This document shows, one piece after another, positions 49,943 to 59,922 of a stretch of DNA of 64,000 nt. The notes beneath the pieces were generated by a model. The model was given only the letters and a program-made list of their open reading frames with translations, was not told the DNA's origin and searched no databases. The position numbers were made by a program, and so were the translations under genes. This DNA is from Spirochaetia bacterium. GTDB lineage: Bacteria; Spirochaetota; Spirochaetia; CAKZLE01. The DNA lies in assembly GCA_963677595.1 (NCBI GenBank), contig OY782041.1:3008001-3072000 (forward strand), given 5' to 3'. How positions within the stretch are numbered: position 1 is the stretch's first letter; every line of letters starts with the position of its first letter.

Positions 49943-50596
49943 ATTACTTCATTACAGTCAAGTGCGGAGAAAGCATACTCAGCCATTTTCAAGGCGATCA
50001 TGGAGAATCAACTCCCCAAAGAAGTATTCTTATCACAAAGAATGCTTGCTAACATGACAGGCACTTCTGTGATCTCTACCAGAGATGCCTTGAAGCAGTT
50101 ATCACATGAGGGATTGTTAGATTTCATTCCAAGGTGGGGCTATAGGATTCCGAAAACGACACGAACACACATTATTGAACAATATGGGTTGCGGGAAGCG
50201 CTTGAGGTGATGGTTGCTTATCTGTTGGCTGTTGGAACAACTGAAGAGCAGCAGACAAAACTTCGAGAGTATGCAGGTCTATGTGATTCCCTTCATAAAA
50301 CGACCTCAGAGGACCTCTCCCAAATATCTCAGACGCATCGTGATCTGCATCTGTTTATGGCGGAATGTACCGGGAATACCCTGTTGAGAAAGGAACTTGG
50401 TCTGTTGACCATCAGGAGTTTACGTTTTCAGGGCAGGAAGGAACTTTGGACCGGTGATATTGAACATCCCGAAACTTGGCATTCCTATCTTATTGATGAA
50501 ATACTTTCTGGAGATTCTGATCGAGCTCAGAAAGCTATGCATGAACATATCCAGCATGGGATGAATTTCGATCTTCGCATGTTCGATGATAGATAA
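49943..50596 (+). CDS. GntR/FCD-family regulator, apparent ATT start
   Basis: In-frame SSAEKAYSAIFKAI helix precedes ATG 50000; AAGGAG 6 nt before ATT 49943; REALE and HIQH FCD motifs. Confidence 0.78.
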   Translation: MTSLQSSAEKAYSAIFKAIMENQLPKEVFLSQRMLANMTGTSVISTRDALKQLSHEGLLDFIPRWGYRIPKTTRTHIIEQYGLREALEVMVAYLLAVGTTEEQQTKLREYAGLCDSLHKTTSEDLSQISQTHRDLHLFMAECTGNTLLRKELGLLTIRSLRFQGRKELWTGDIEHPETWHSYLIDEILSGDSDRAQKAMHEHIQHGMNFDLRMFDDR

Positions 50597-50621
50597 ATAT
50601 AATAATACATGGAGTAACATT

Positions 50622-51665
50622 GTGATAAGGCATTTTGGAATAATTGGGGTAGGTGCTATTGCAGATATTCATGCGAGAGCTATCGCAGAAATGAGCGAGG
50701 GAGAGCTAGTAGCTTGTTACGATGTCAACCCAGAGAGGGTTTCTGCATTCTGTGATAAGCACCATTGTCAAGGCTATTTGGATCTTGCCGGATTCCTGGC
50801 TGATGAAAGGGTGGAGATTGTTACCATCTGTACACCTTCCGGGCTACACCTGGATGCAGCAGTTTCAGCAGCGGCAGCGGGAAAGCACTTACTGGTTGAG
50901 AAACCGTTGGAAATAACTACCGCACGATGTGATCAAGTGATTCAAGCTGCGAAGAAAAATAATGTCTTGCTCTCGGGTATTTTCCCTTCAAGATTCAATG
51001 AAGCCTCTCAACTGATCAAACGTACCATAGATTCTGGAAGGTTAGGGCAGATTGTCTTGGCAGATGCCTATGTGAAATGGTTCAGGACCCAGGAGTATTA
51101 TGATGGAAGCGGCTGGCGTGGAACCTGGGCTTTGGACGGCGGAGGAGCCCTCATGAACCAGTCAATTCATGCTATCGATCTGCTTCAGTGGCTGATAGGA
51201 CCTGTAAGTTCTATATGCTCCTTTACTGGGACGTTGGCTCATGAACGGATTGAGGTTGAAGATACCGCTGTGGCAACCTTGAAGTTTATTAATGGTGCTT
51301 TAGGGGTTATTGAAGGTTCAACAGGAGTATATCCAGGGTTCCCAAAGAAGATATCCATATCCGGCAGTAAAGGGACCATCACCCTTGAAGAGGACAAGAT
51401 TGTAACATGGGAATTTGATTCTTCCCTACCGGAGGATACTGCTATACGTGAACAATACTTTAGTGAAACCGGCTCTGCCGGAGGATCCTCAAACCCGTCA
51501 GCAATCAGCTATTCGGGACATCAGCACCAGTTTGAGAATATGGTAGATGCCGTCAATCATGGAACAGCTTTACTGATAGATGGTTGGGAAGCCCGTAAAG
51601 CGGTAGAGATTATCGAGGCTATATATCGGAGTGCTAATAATCATGAGCCTGTATGTCTGAATTGA
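50622..51665 (+). CDS. Gfo/Idh/MocA-family oxidoreductase
   Basis: GTG start after GGAG; GIIGVG, CTPSGLH, VEKP, WRGTW..GGGALMNQSIHAIDL. Confidence 0.9.
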   Translation: MIRHFGIIGVGAIADIHARAIAEMSEGELVACYDVNPERVSAFCDKHHCQGYLDLAGFLADERVEIVTICTPSGLHLDAAVSAAAAGKHLLVEKPLEITTARCDQVIQAAKKNNVLLSGIFPSRFNEASQLIKRTIDSGRLGQIVLADAYVKWFRTQEYYDGSGWRGTWALDGGGALMNQSIHAIDLLQWLIGPVSSICSFTGTLAHERIEVEDTAVATLKFINGALGVIEGSTGVYPGFPKKISISGSKGTITLEEDKIVTWEFDSSLPEDTAIREQYFSETGSAGGSSNPSAISYSGHQHQFENMVDAVNHGTALLIDGWEARKAVEIIEAIYRSANNHEPVCLN

Positions 51666-51748
51666 GATATTGCTTATGATTTTAACAGGAATCATGGATG
51701 AGTACTCCCCAGAAATAGAGGACCAGTTTCGTGAGGCTGTTGTACTTA

Positions 51749-53045
51749 GGAACTGTGCATAAATAACATAAGCAATATTGATTTCTTTGTCTTCTCATGA
51801 TAGAATGGTGCATGCTCGATGAGATAACGATAAAACGCATACATACCATAGTTCCTCTACTAGATGAGAGTCAGAAACGTAAATATCTTGCAGCTGAGGC
51901 TGAGAGTATTGGTCGCGGAGGGATTACCCAGATCAGTAAAGCGCTTGGTGTTTCTCGTAATACCATTGCTGCCGGGATCAAGGAGATCAGGGAACCTGTT
52001 GATCCAAGATCTTCAACCAGGATTCGGAAGGAAGGTGGTGGCCGCAAGCCAATAGAAGAGACGCAACCTGGCATCACGAAGGCGTTAGAAGCCCTGGTTG
52101 CTGACAGCAGTTTCGGTAATCCGGAATCACCACTGCTGTGGACGACAAAAAGTCTAAGGAACCTGAGTGACGCCCTCGGTAAACAGGGCTTTCAGGTCTC
52201 GTTTTCCAAGGTCAGGCAGATGCTTTCCGACTTGGGCTACAGCATGCAGCTAAACCAGAAGATGCTGCAGGTCGGGAAGCCCCATCCTGACCGGGATGAG
52301 CAATTTCAGCATATCAACGAGATGGCTAAAGGATTCATAGCAGAAGGGTTACCAGTGATCTCTATTGATTGTAAAAAGAAAGAGCTGGTGGGTAATTTCA
52401 AGAATCAGGGTGCAGAGTATGCTAAATCAGGGAATCCGGTGAAAGTCCTTGATCACGACTTTCCGCTGCCTGATCTTGGGAAGGTTGCACCGTATGGGAT
52501 CTATGATATAGCGAAGAATGAAGGATTCATCAATCTTGGGGTCAGCTCAGACACGGCAAAGTTTGCGGTGAATTCTATCCGGGAATGGTGGGATGAGATG
52601 GGCAAAAGTCGGTACCCTTCAGCATCAAAGCTCTACATCACCGCAGACGGTGGTGGGAGTAACGGGAGCAGGAACAGACTCTGGAAGACCGAACTGCAGG
52701 AACTGGCGAATGAAACGGGATTGCAGATCTATGTCTCCCATTTCCCACCGGGAACTTCAAAGTGGAATAAGATCGAACATCGAATGTTTAGCTACATCTC
52801 AAAGAATTGGAGGGGAAGACCCCTTGAAACCCTCCTTGTCATAATCAGTCTGATTGAGTCAACAACGACCGAATCAGGATTGAAGATACAATGCGAATTG
52901 GATCAGAACATCTATGAGACAGGGATAAAGGTATCAGCTGAAGAACTTGAGAGGATCAATATTACGAGGAATGAATTTCATGGAGAATGGAATTACTGCA
53001 TTGCTCCATCAGAAACATTCGCATAGATTATTTATACACAGATCC
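51749..53045 (+). mobile_element. ISAzo13-family insertion sequence
   Basis: IRs GGAACTGTGCATAAATAA / TTATTTATACACAGATCC (16/18); TTA duplicated at 51746-51748 and 53046-53048. Confidence 0.9.
51812..53026 (+). CDS. ISAzo13-family transposase
   Basis: WTTKSLR, HPDRDEQF, ISIDCKKKELVG, TADGGGSN, PPGTSKWNKIEHR, FHGEWNY. Confidence 0.93.
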   Translation: MLDEITIKRIHTIVPLLDESQKRKYLAAEAESIGRGGITQISKALGVSRNTIAAGIKEIREPVDPRSSTRIRKEGGGRKPIEETQPGITKALEALVADSSFGNPESPLLWTTKSLRNLSDALGKQGFQVSFSKVRQMLSDLGYSMQLNQKMLQVGKPHPDRDEQFQHINEMAKGFIAEGLPVISIDCKKKELVGNFKNQGAEYAKSGNPVKVLDHDFPLPDLGKVAPYGIYDIAKNEGFINLGVSSDTAKFAVNSIREWWDEMGKSRYPSASKLYITADGGGSNGSRNRLWKTELQELANETGLQIYVSHFPPGTSKWNKIEHRMFSYISKNWRGRPLETLLVIISLIESTTTESGLKIQCELDQNIYETGIKVSAEELERINITRNEFHGEWNYCIAPSETFA

Positions 53046-53895
53046 TTAGTTGGGAGAATATTGAATTACGCTCTATCGAAAACACACCAGTAGAATTTCT
53101 TTCAGATCAGGAAGTTGACAGGATAAAAAGGTACATGCTCGAGTCAGGGGTCTCTGTATGTGCATTGAGCTCCACAATTGCTAATTGGAGCCATTCTATT
53201 CTTGAACCCTTTGTTGATACTCTACCAATAGTAGAGAGAACAATCCATGTTATGAAAGAACTGGAAATCCCTTATGTAAGAATCATGAGCTATGCTGTTG
53301 AGTTCAACGAGAAGGGTATGATTGCAGAAAATCAATTTGTCCATGAAAGGATTAGGCGGTTAAGGGAAATCTGTGATCGGTTTCTCCAGACAGGACTGAT
53401 CCCACTCCATGAGAACTGCAGTAATTATGGAGGGCTCAGTTTCCGGAAAACACTGGAATTGGTAGAAGCAATCGAAGGACTTCAACTGCTGTTTGATACT
53501 GGGAACCCTCCAGTCATGATAGATGGATCGAGTGAATATCCATACTCACGGCAGGACTCCTGGGAATTCTATCAAGCCGTAAAGGACCATATTGCATATG
53601 TGCATCTTAAAGATGCCTATTATGATCCTGTCGCAAAGAAGTCGGTATTCACCCTCCCCGGAATGGGGGAAGCCCAGGTCTCTCGGATCCTTTCGGACCT
53701 AAAGGCTTCTGCCTTTGCTGGAATGATCAGCATAGAACCCCATATAACAGCTGTATATCATAAGAGCTCTTCAAACCTTTCTACTACGGCGATGAAAGAC
53801 TCCTTTCATGAGTATGCTAATCAGGCAGAAACTATTCTCGAGACGCTATGCTAGATGCAAAAGAACAGGGCTTTAGAAATGGTTTCTTTATCTTC

Positions 53896-53941
53896 TTGCA
53901 ATATGGTTTTTTTATGCTTATAATATAACATCATATGTTAT
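53896..53941 (+). promoter_or_regulatory. nagA promoter with palindromic operator
   Basis: TTGCAA-N17-TATAAT followed by ATAACAT-CAT-ATGTTAT. Confidence 0.65.
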
Positions 53942-53992
53942 TAAATTAGATTTTGGCAGCGCCATTGAGTGTGGCTATTTAGGAGTGGATGT

Positions 53993-55186
53993 ATGCAAGT
54001 GAATTCAAGAATCAAATTGATGGGTGGGAATGTCATAACTCCGTACCGGCAATTAACTGCAGATATATACATCGAAGATGGAATCATACAATCGATACAG
54101 GGAATCCCTGCAGACTGGGAACCTAATTCATTTGAGGTAGTGGATGTACGCGGGAAAGTGGTTTTGCCCGGACTCATCGATCTGCATACGCATGGAGCTG
54201 GCGGAGCTGATTTTATGGATGCTACTGAGGATGCATTCTATACTGCAGGAAGAATACATCTGCATTATGGTACAACTACACTATTGCCAACGACCGTTAC
54301 CACGACCCTGGACTCTCTGCTGGATGTGATTTCCACATTTCGCGAACTTCCTCTCTTTCCGGATGCAGCTGATTTCTTCGGGCTGCATATAGAAGGTCCA
54401 TACTTTTCAGAAACTCAGAAAGGTGCACAGGATGGGACATTTATCCGGAACCCGGACAGCAGTGAATACATGAAAGTCTTGGAACATGCAGACTCCATTG
54501 CCAGGTGGTCCTTTGCCCCGGAAATTGAGGGGGGCTATGAATTTGCTGACGTTCTCCGGAAGCACCACATACTGGCTTCTGCTGCACATTCCGATGCTTC
54601 ATATGAGGAGATGATGGAGGCACTTGAGCATGGAGTGGATTTCCTGACCCATTTCTATTCCGGGATGTCCACCGTGACTAGAAAAAATGCATACCGGATT
54701 GCTGGGATGATCGAGAGCGGGTATCTGATGGATGATTTCAATCTAGAAGTTATTTCTGACGGGAGCCATCTGCCTGCGTCCCTGCTCAAGTTGATTGTAA
54801 AAGTGAAAGCAAAATCTTCTATCTGTTTGATCTCTGACTCTTTACGGGCTGCCGGATTGGGAGAGGGTGTATTTGCTATGGGCAAGAAAGAGTATGGAAG
54901 GAAGATTCTAGTAGAGGATCACGTCGCAAAATTGCCGGATCGCTCAGCTTTCGCTGGAAGCGTTACATTGGGAATAGATCTGGTAAGGAACATGATGAAC
55001 CTGTCCGGCATTTCCCTTGAGGAAGCCGTCCGTATGATGACCGTCAATCCTGCAAAGGTGCTCGGGATACAGAATCAGAAAGGCTCTATAGCTCCTGGGC
55101 TGCGTGCGGATATCGTGGTTGCTGATCCTGAGCTTTCGATTGATTCAGTCTTTAAGGCTGGTGAACTCGTCTATGCAAGATCTTAG
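53993..55186 (+). CDS. nagA: N-acetylglucosamine-6-phosphate deacetylase family
   Basis: PGLIDLHTHG, HIEGPY, APE, HSDA, THFYSGM, AGS. Confidence 0.92.
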   Translation: MQVNSRIKLMGGNVITPYRQLTADIYIEDGIIQSIQGIPADWEPNSFEVVDVRGKVVLPGLIDLHTHGAGGADFMDATEDAFYTAGRIHLHYGTTTLLPTTVTTTLDSLLDVISTFRELPLFPDAADFFGLHIEGPYFSETQKGAQDGTFIRNPDSSEYMKVLEHADSIARWSFAPEIEGGYEFADVLRKHHILASAAHSDASYEEMMEALEHGVDFLTHFYSGMSTVTRKNAYRIAGMIESGYLMDDFNLEVISDGSHLPASLLKLIVKVKAKSSICLISDSLRAAGLGEGVFAMGKKEYGRKILVEDHVAKLPDRSAFAGSVTLGIDLVRNMMNLSGISLEEAVRMMTVNPAKVLGIQNQKGSIAPGLRADIVVADPELSIDSVFKAGELVYARS

Positions 55187-55268
55187 GTCCTGTCAATAAG
55201 TTTCAAGCTGTAAATATGCATGAGAATGTGTTATTGTAGTAAAAACGGCTGCATAAGGTAACTCGAAC

Positions 55269-56462
55269 ATGATAGAATTTATTGATAGGATTCATGATGG
55301 TTCACGATTCAGAGTCAAAGATAAAGAAAAGGCAATAGTCTACCAGAAGATCTGTCAGAACCCCGGAATAACAAGAAAACAAATCATTAAACAGTTGAAG
55401 TTGCGGCCGACAAGCGTCTCAAATATCGTAACTGAACTGATTGACCAGCATTTAGTGTATGATGGCAGCCTGCAGAATCATGGGAAGAAGGGGCGCCCTG
55501 AAGTCCATGTATATGCGAATTTTGACAAGTTCGTAGTCATTTCTCTCTATGTAGTGTCCAAGCAGGTAAAAGGGGTCCTGTTCAATATTAAGCAGGAAGT
55601 CCTGGCTGAGAGTGCGGTGCGGGTAGCTTGGGACGTATCAAATGATGATCTTATGAATATTATCTCAGATATCGTCGAAGCCTTGAAAAGCCATGTGCCT
55701 GCTCTATCAGAATTACTTGGGGTTGGTATCTCATTCTTAGGCAACGTCAACCATGTGACTAAAGAATTGAGATTTTCGACCCGTTGGAGAAATATTAGGA
55801 ATTTTTCATTTGAGAAGCTGGAAAAGCGCTTGGAACAGGAAGTTGTGGTCTATACTAGTCTCGAGGCCCAAATGGAATATATGCTTATTAACCAGCCCGA
55901 TTATCGTACAGGTGGGATACTTCTGTATCATTGGGGTTATGGTGTGGGTGCAAGTTTTGCTTGTGATGGAGCAATCCTACGTTCTGCTTCCGGTGGAATT
56001 ATGGAGATCGGACATACCATGTATGATCCGAACAGTGTTAAGGAATGTGTCTGTGGGCAAGTAGGCTGTCTGGAAACAGAGTGTGCCATTTGGGCTCTGA
56101 TAGATAAACTAGATGCCCCGCCTGCCCAGATCCCTGAGGAAGAAGATGCTTTCCAGATATATTTTCAGGAGCATAACCTAAAAACAAATGATGTTATTAA
56201 AAAAGCAGCGAAGGTAGCGGCATATGGGTTGAATACTCTGTATAAGGTACTTTTTCCCAGTCATATTATCATAGAAAGTTCCTTTCTAGCAGATGAAGAG
56301 CTATATGCTTACTTTTTAGATGAATTTCGATCACGAGTCCCGACATATATTGCTGAAGATATTCAGATTGACAGGTTGGAGACAGGCTATCGCGGTGAAA
56401 TATTTGGTTGCACGTATAGCCTTTTTGTAAAAAGATTTATTAAAGAATTGACCGCCTTTTAA
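55269..56462 (+). CDS. ROK-family transcriptional regulator
   Basis: N-terminal wHTH, GRP; EIGH..CVCGQVGCLE zinc motif. Confidence 0.88.
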   Translation: MIEFIDRIHDGSRFRVKDKEKAIVYQKICQNPGITRKQIIKQLKLRPTSVSNIVTELIDQHLVYDGSLQNHGKKGRPEVHVYANFDKFVVISLYVVSKQVKGVLFNIKQEVLAESAVRVAWDVSNDDLMNIISDIVEALKSHVPALSELLGVGISFLGNVNHVTKELRFSTRWRNIRNFSFEKLEKRLEQEVVVYTSLEAQMEYMLINQPDYRTGGILLYHWGYGVGASFACDGAILRSASGGIMEIGHTMYDPNSVKECVCGQVGCLETECAIWALIDKLDAPPAQIPEEEDAFQIYFQEHNLKTNDVIKKAAKVAAYGLNTLYKVLFPSHIIIESSFLADEELYAYFLDEFRSRVPTYIAEDIQIDRLETGYRGEIFGCTYSLFVKRFIKELTAF

Positions 56463-56555
56463 TAGAGGATCTAAAAAATCTTCTTGACGGGAGTAAAATC
56501 GTACATATATAATAACATAGTGCAATATTAAATAAACGCATAAAGGAGGTTCACT

Positions 56556-57863
56556 ATGCGTAAAGTAATGGCCGTAGCAATTATTCTTGTTCTTGCAGCA
56601 ACGATGAGCTTGTCTGCTGGAGGTACCCAGGAAGAGGCCAAAGCTGTTGAGTTGTCAGTTTGGTCGGGATATCCGGAAATGGAAGCATTTTATAGGCATG
56701 TAGCAGATGAGTTCATTAAGATGAATCCGAATGTGACTATTGATGTTGTTACCCATCCCCTCAGGGAGTTCGAGCAGAAGCTGTCAGCTACCATCCCATC
56801 AGATACATCTGCTGATATCATCGATGTTTCGGTCTATGCTAACCAGAAATTCATAGAAGCCGGATATATCCCGGAGAATCCTTCAAATGTTGATGAATTT
56901 GTCAATGCTCCCGGAAGATACAGTGAATTTGCCAAGAACAGCAACACCTATCAGGGAACGCAGTATGGTGTTCCCAATTTCCAGGGAAGAACGGCTCTGT
57001 TCTGGAATAAGGATATGTTTGAAGAAGCTGGGCTGCCAGGACCGCCGACTACATTCGACCAGATGTTTGAGTATGCTTCCAAACTAGCAAAATATGATGC
57101 TGCCGGAAATCTGGTACGGTCAGGTCACAGCCTGCGGCTCTCAGGCCAGGGGTCAGGTGTAGCCGAGAAATTCTGGTTTGTTCTCTACCCAATGGGTGGA
57201 ACTATCATTGAAGAAGGTAAGGAAGACGGAAAATATCATAACGGGTATAATAATGAAGCCGGATTCAATGCGCTTAAGTACTATATTGATGCACTCTATA
57301 CTGCAGGATGGGACAGTCACAAGATTAAGCATGATGCTGAAGCCTTCGAGTTGGAGCAGACTGCAATGTTCTTCAGAGAGTCCTGGGTGATTGGTGATGC
57401 TGCTCAGAAAGCACCAAACCTCAATTATGGGACAGCAGTAGTGCCTTCTGCAGAGAGATGGGGAAGAATCACCAATATTCAGAACCTGTATGTAACCCGA
57501 TCTGCTGAAGATCCCGATCTTGCCTGGGAATATGTACTTTTCTGTATGACAGAAGAAAATCAGCAGTGGCTGCTCGATAATATCGGCTGGCTCCCTGCCC
57601 GACAGGATATCGACTTAAGTGCTAGCGTTGCAAAGAATCCCCAGATTGGTGCTTTCCTGGAATCTCCTGACGGGTATGGGGAGTTCGGATATATCCCTAT
57701 CGCAAGCTTTGATGAGATCTCTACGAAATTTGCCGAACGGCTCGTTGCAGCATTCCTCAATGAAGGCTTAGCAGGTAACGATGCAGCAATATGGAAAGTG
57801 TTACAGGATTCAGCCGCAGAAACAGATACGATCCTGAAAAAAGATGGACTGTACAGCGAATAG
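56556..57863 (+). CDS. Sugar ABC substrate-binding protein
   Basis: AAGGAGG RBS; AGGTQE; LFWNKDMFEEAG. Confidence 0.9.
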   Translation: MRKVMAVAIILVLAATMSLSAGGTQEEAKAVELSVWSGYPEMEAFYRHVADEFIKMNPNVTIDVVTHPLREFEQKLSATIPSDTSADIIDVSVYANQKFIEAGYIPENPSNVDEFVNAPGRYSEFAKNSNTYQGTQYGVPNFQGRTALFWNKDMFEEAGLPGPPTTFDQMFEYASKLAKYDAAGNLVRSGHSLRLSGQGSGVAEKFWFVLYPMGGTIIEEGKEDGKYHNGYNNEAGFNALKYYIDALYTAGWDSHKIKHDAEAFELEQTAMFFRESWVIGDAAQKAPNLNYGTAVVPSAERWGRITNIQNLYVTRSAEDPDLAWEYVLFCMTEENQQWLLDNIGWLPARQDIDLSASVAKNPQIGAFLESPDGYGEFGYIPIASFDEISTKFAERLVAAFLNEGLAGNDAAIWKVLQDSAAETDTILKKDGLYSE

Positions 57864-57898
57864 GTAATTCCCTTCTAAAAATGCACATCTTGTAGATA

Positions 57899-57927
57899 TA
57901 TGGAGGAGGAGCATCTCCTCCTCCATA
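57899..57927. terminator. Hairpin after SBP gene
   Basis: TATGGAGGAGGAG-CAT-CTCCTCCTCCATA 13-bp stem. Confidence 0.65.
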
Positions 57928-57955
57928 CACATCGTAATTAGTAAAAGGATTAAAT

Positions 57956-58921
57956 ATGGGACCACGGTTAGAAGCAGCTCAAACAGATTCGTTTAAACTG
58001 ATCCATAAAATTAAAAACATTAACCAGACGACCAGACAAAAATACCTATTTGTCTACTTATCATTATTGCCGATAATTGTGGTCTATTCGTTTCTTCGGA
58101 TTATTCCCATTCTCGAGAATTTCCTGTACAGCCTCTTTGTCTCAGGTGTCGGAAAGCCGATGAAAGAGTTTGCTGGCTTGCGGAATTATATCGATCTGTT
58201 CCAGGATGAACTGTTTGTCATATCATTACGCAATACAACGTACTTTGCGGTGTTTGTTACAGTTTTCAGTGTGGTGATCGCAGTGCTTGTGGCATTGAAG
58301 CTTTCACATATCATGCGGTTCGGCGGGCTGTTCGAGACATTGTACTTCTTGCCGGTAATCACACCAATGGTCCCTGTGGCTGTTGTCTGGAAATGGATAT
58401 ATGATCCAACATACGGTTTATTGAATTATGTATTATCGTGGTTTAATATCGGGCCGATAGCGTGGCTGGTCTATCCGAACACAGCGATGATCGCCATCAT
58501 CATTATGAGTGTGTGGAAATTGATCGGGTACAATATGATCATTTTCTTAGTAGGTATCAGAGATATCTCGATATCCTACATAGAGGCAGCTGAAATAGAC
58601 GGTGCCAGTAAATTCCAGGTGTTTAAATATATAACACTTCCTCTCTTGAGGCCGATTATGCTCTTTGTTGTGGTTATCTCAACAATCAACTCATATAATG
58701 TGTTTACTCAAGTCTTTATCATGACTGCAGGTCCTCAGGGGGCTCCGGGGAATGCTGTCAGGACTCTGGTCTTTGATATATACGAAAACGCATTCAGATA
58801 CTTTAAGACTGGCTATGCAGCCTCAGAAGCTGTTGTACTGTTCTTAATTATTCTATTTCTTACTTTTATACAATTTGGCATTGCAGGCAGAGAAAAGAAT
58901 CAGAAGAGGAGAAGTGAATAA
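57956..58921 (+). CDS. Sugar ABC permease
   Basis: YIEAAEIDGA EAA loop; multiple TM helices. Confidence 0.9.
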   Translation: MGPRLEAAQTDSFKLIHKIKNINQTTRQKYLFVYLSLLPIIVVYSFLRIIPILENFLYSLFVSGVGKPMKEFAGLRNYIDLFQDELFVISLRNTTYFAVFVTVFSVVIAVLVALKLSHIMRFGGLFETLYFLPVITPMVPVAVVWKWIYDPTYGLLNYVLSWFNIGPIAWLVYPNTAMIAIIIMSVWKLIGYNMIIFLVGIRDISISYIEAAEIDGASKFQVFKYITLPLLRPIMLFVVVISTINSYNVFTQVFIMTAGPQGAPGNAVRTLVFDIYENAFRYFKTGYAASEAVVLFLIILFLTFIQFGIAGREKNQKRRSE

Positions 58922-58923
58922 TT

Positions 58924-59757
58924 ATGAAAGTACAGAAATTTTCCGTAGGCAATTTGTTAGGGATGATCTTCCTGGTTTTTGGTGCTTTGATCATGGTACT
59001 CCCCTTTATCTGGATGTTCTCCACATCTTTGAAACCGCCAAGTGAGGTGTTGTCATGGCCTCCGCAATTGATCCCAACATCACCGACGACCAAGAATTAT
59101 GTTACTGTGTTTGAGACGGCACCGTTCTTACGGTTCTTCATGAACAGCGTCATGATGGCCTCTGTATCAACCGTGAGTATCTTGCTTACCTCTACGCTTG
59201 CAGGCTATGTCTTTGGCAAGTTCGATTTTCCCTTCAAGAATTTTTTCTTCATTCTGATCCTTGCGACTGCCATGGTGCCATTTGAGACGTATATGGTTCC
59301 CCTGTATTTGAGGATGGTCGACTTCCACTGGGTCAATAAGTTCATAGGTCTGGTTGCCCCGTATCTGGTCATGAGTTATGGGATCTTCTTTATGAGGCAG
59401 AATGTTATTGCGACAATCCCAGATGAACTGTTAGATGCCTCCAGAATCGATGGGGTATCCGAATTCGGGATCTTCTGGCGAATAGTGCTTCCACTGATGT
59501 CAGGGTCTGCAGGGGCTCTCTCTATCTTCTCTTTCATGCAGACTTGGGCAGCTTTCATCTGGCCTCTCATCATTACAAGCAGTAGAGACTTATGGACCAT
59601 GGAACTTGGTCTTGGAATGTTCCAATACCGGTTTACTGTCGATTTAGGACCTATTAATGCTGGATCCATGATCTCAATTTTGCCGGTATTAATCGTGTTC
59701 CTGTTTATGAGAAGAAAGATCATGAGTAGTATGACTCTATCCGGTCTGAAGGGGTAG
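58924..59757 (+). CDS. Sugar ABC permease
   Basis: PDELLDASRIDG; SGLKG C-terminus. Confidence 0.9.
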   Translation: MKVQKFSVGNLLGMIFLVFGALIMVLPFIWMFSTSLKPPSEVLSWPPQLIPTSPTTKNYVTVFETAPFLRFFMNSVMMASVSTVSILLTSTLAGYVFGKFDFPFKNFFFILILATAMVPFETYMVPLYLRMVDFHWVNKFIGLVAPYLVMSYGIFFMRQNVIATIPDELLDASRIDGVSEFGIFWRIVLPLMSGSAGALSIFSFMQTWAAFIWPLIITSSRDLWTMELGLGMFQYRFTVDLGPINAGSMISILPVLIVFLFMRRKIMSSMTLSGLKG

Positions 59758-59922
59758 AGGGAGAAAGGTTCCTCACAATAGAGTACTCTGCAACAAAGCT
59801 AGACCTTGATACTGCGGATGTACGTTTGTTGTCGAGAGCAAAGTGATATCAGGAATACGCTTGTGAATACTGACTGGATGAGAAAGTTATCCTACGTATG
59901 ATCAGCTGAAAAAGGTAGATAC

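Larger units (their letters stand above)
51676..53854 (+). pseudogene. Xylose-isomerase-like TIM barrel (AP_endonuc_2) gene split by ISAzo13
   Basis: MILTGIMDEYSPEIEDQFREAVVL|SWENIELR rejoins in frame when the IS and one TTA are removed; HENC, FDTGN, HLKD, SIEPH motifs. Confidence 0.85.
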
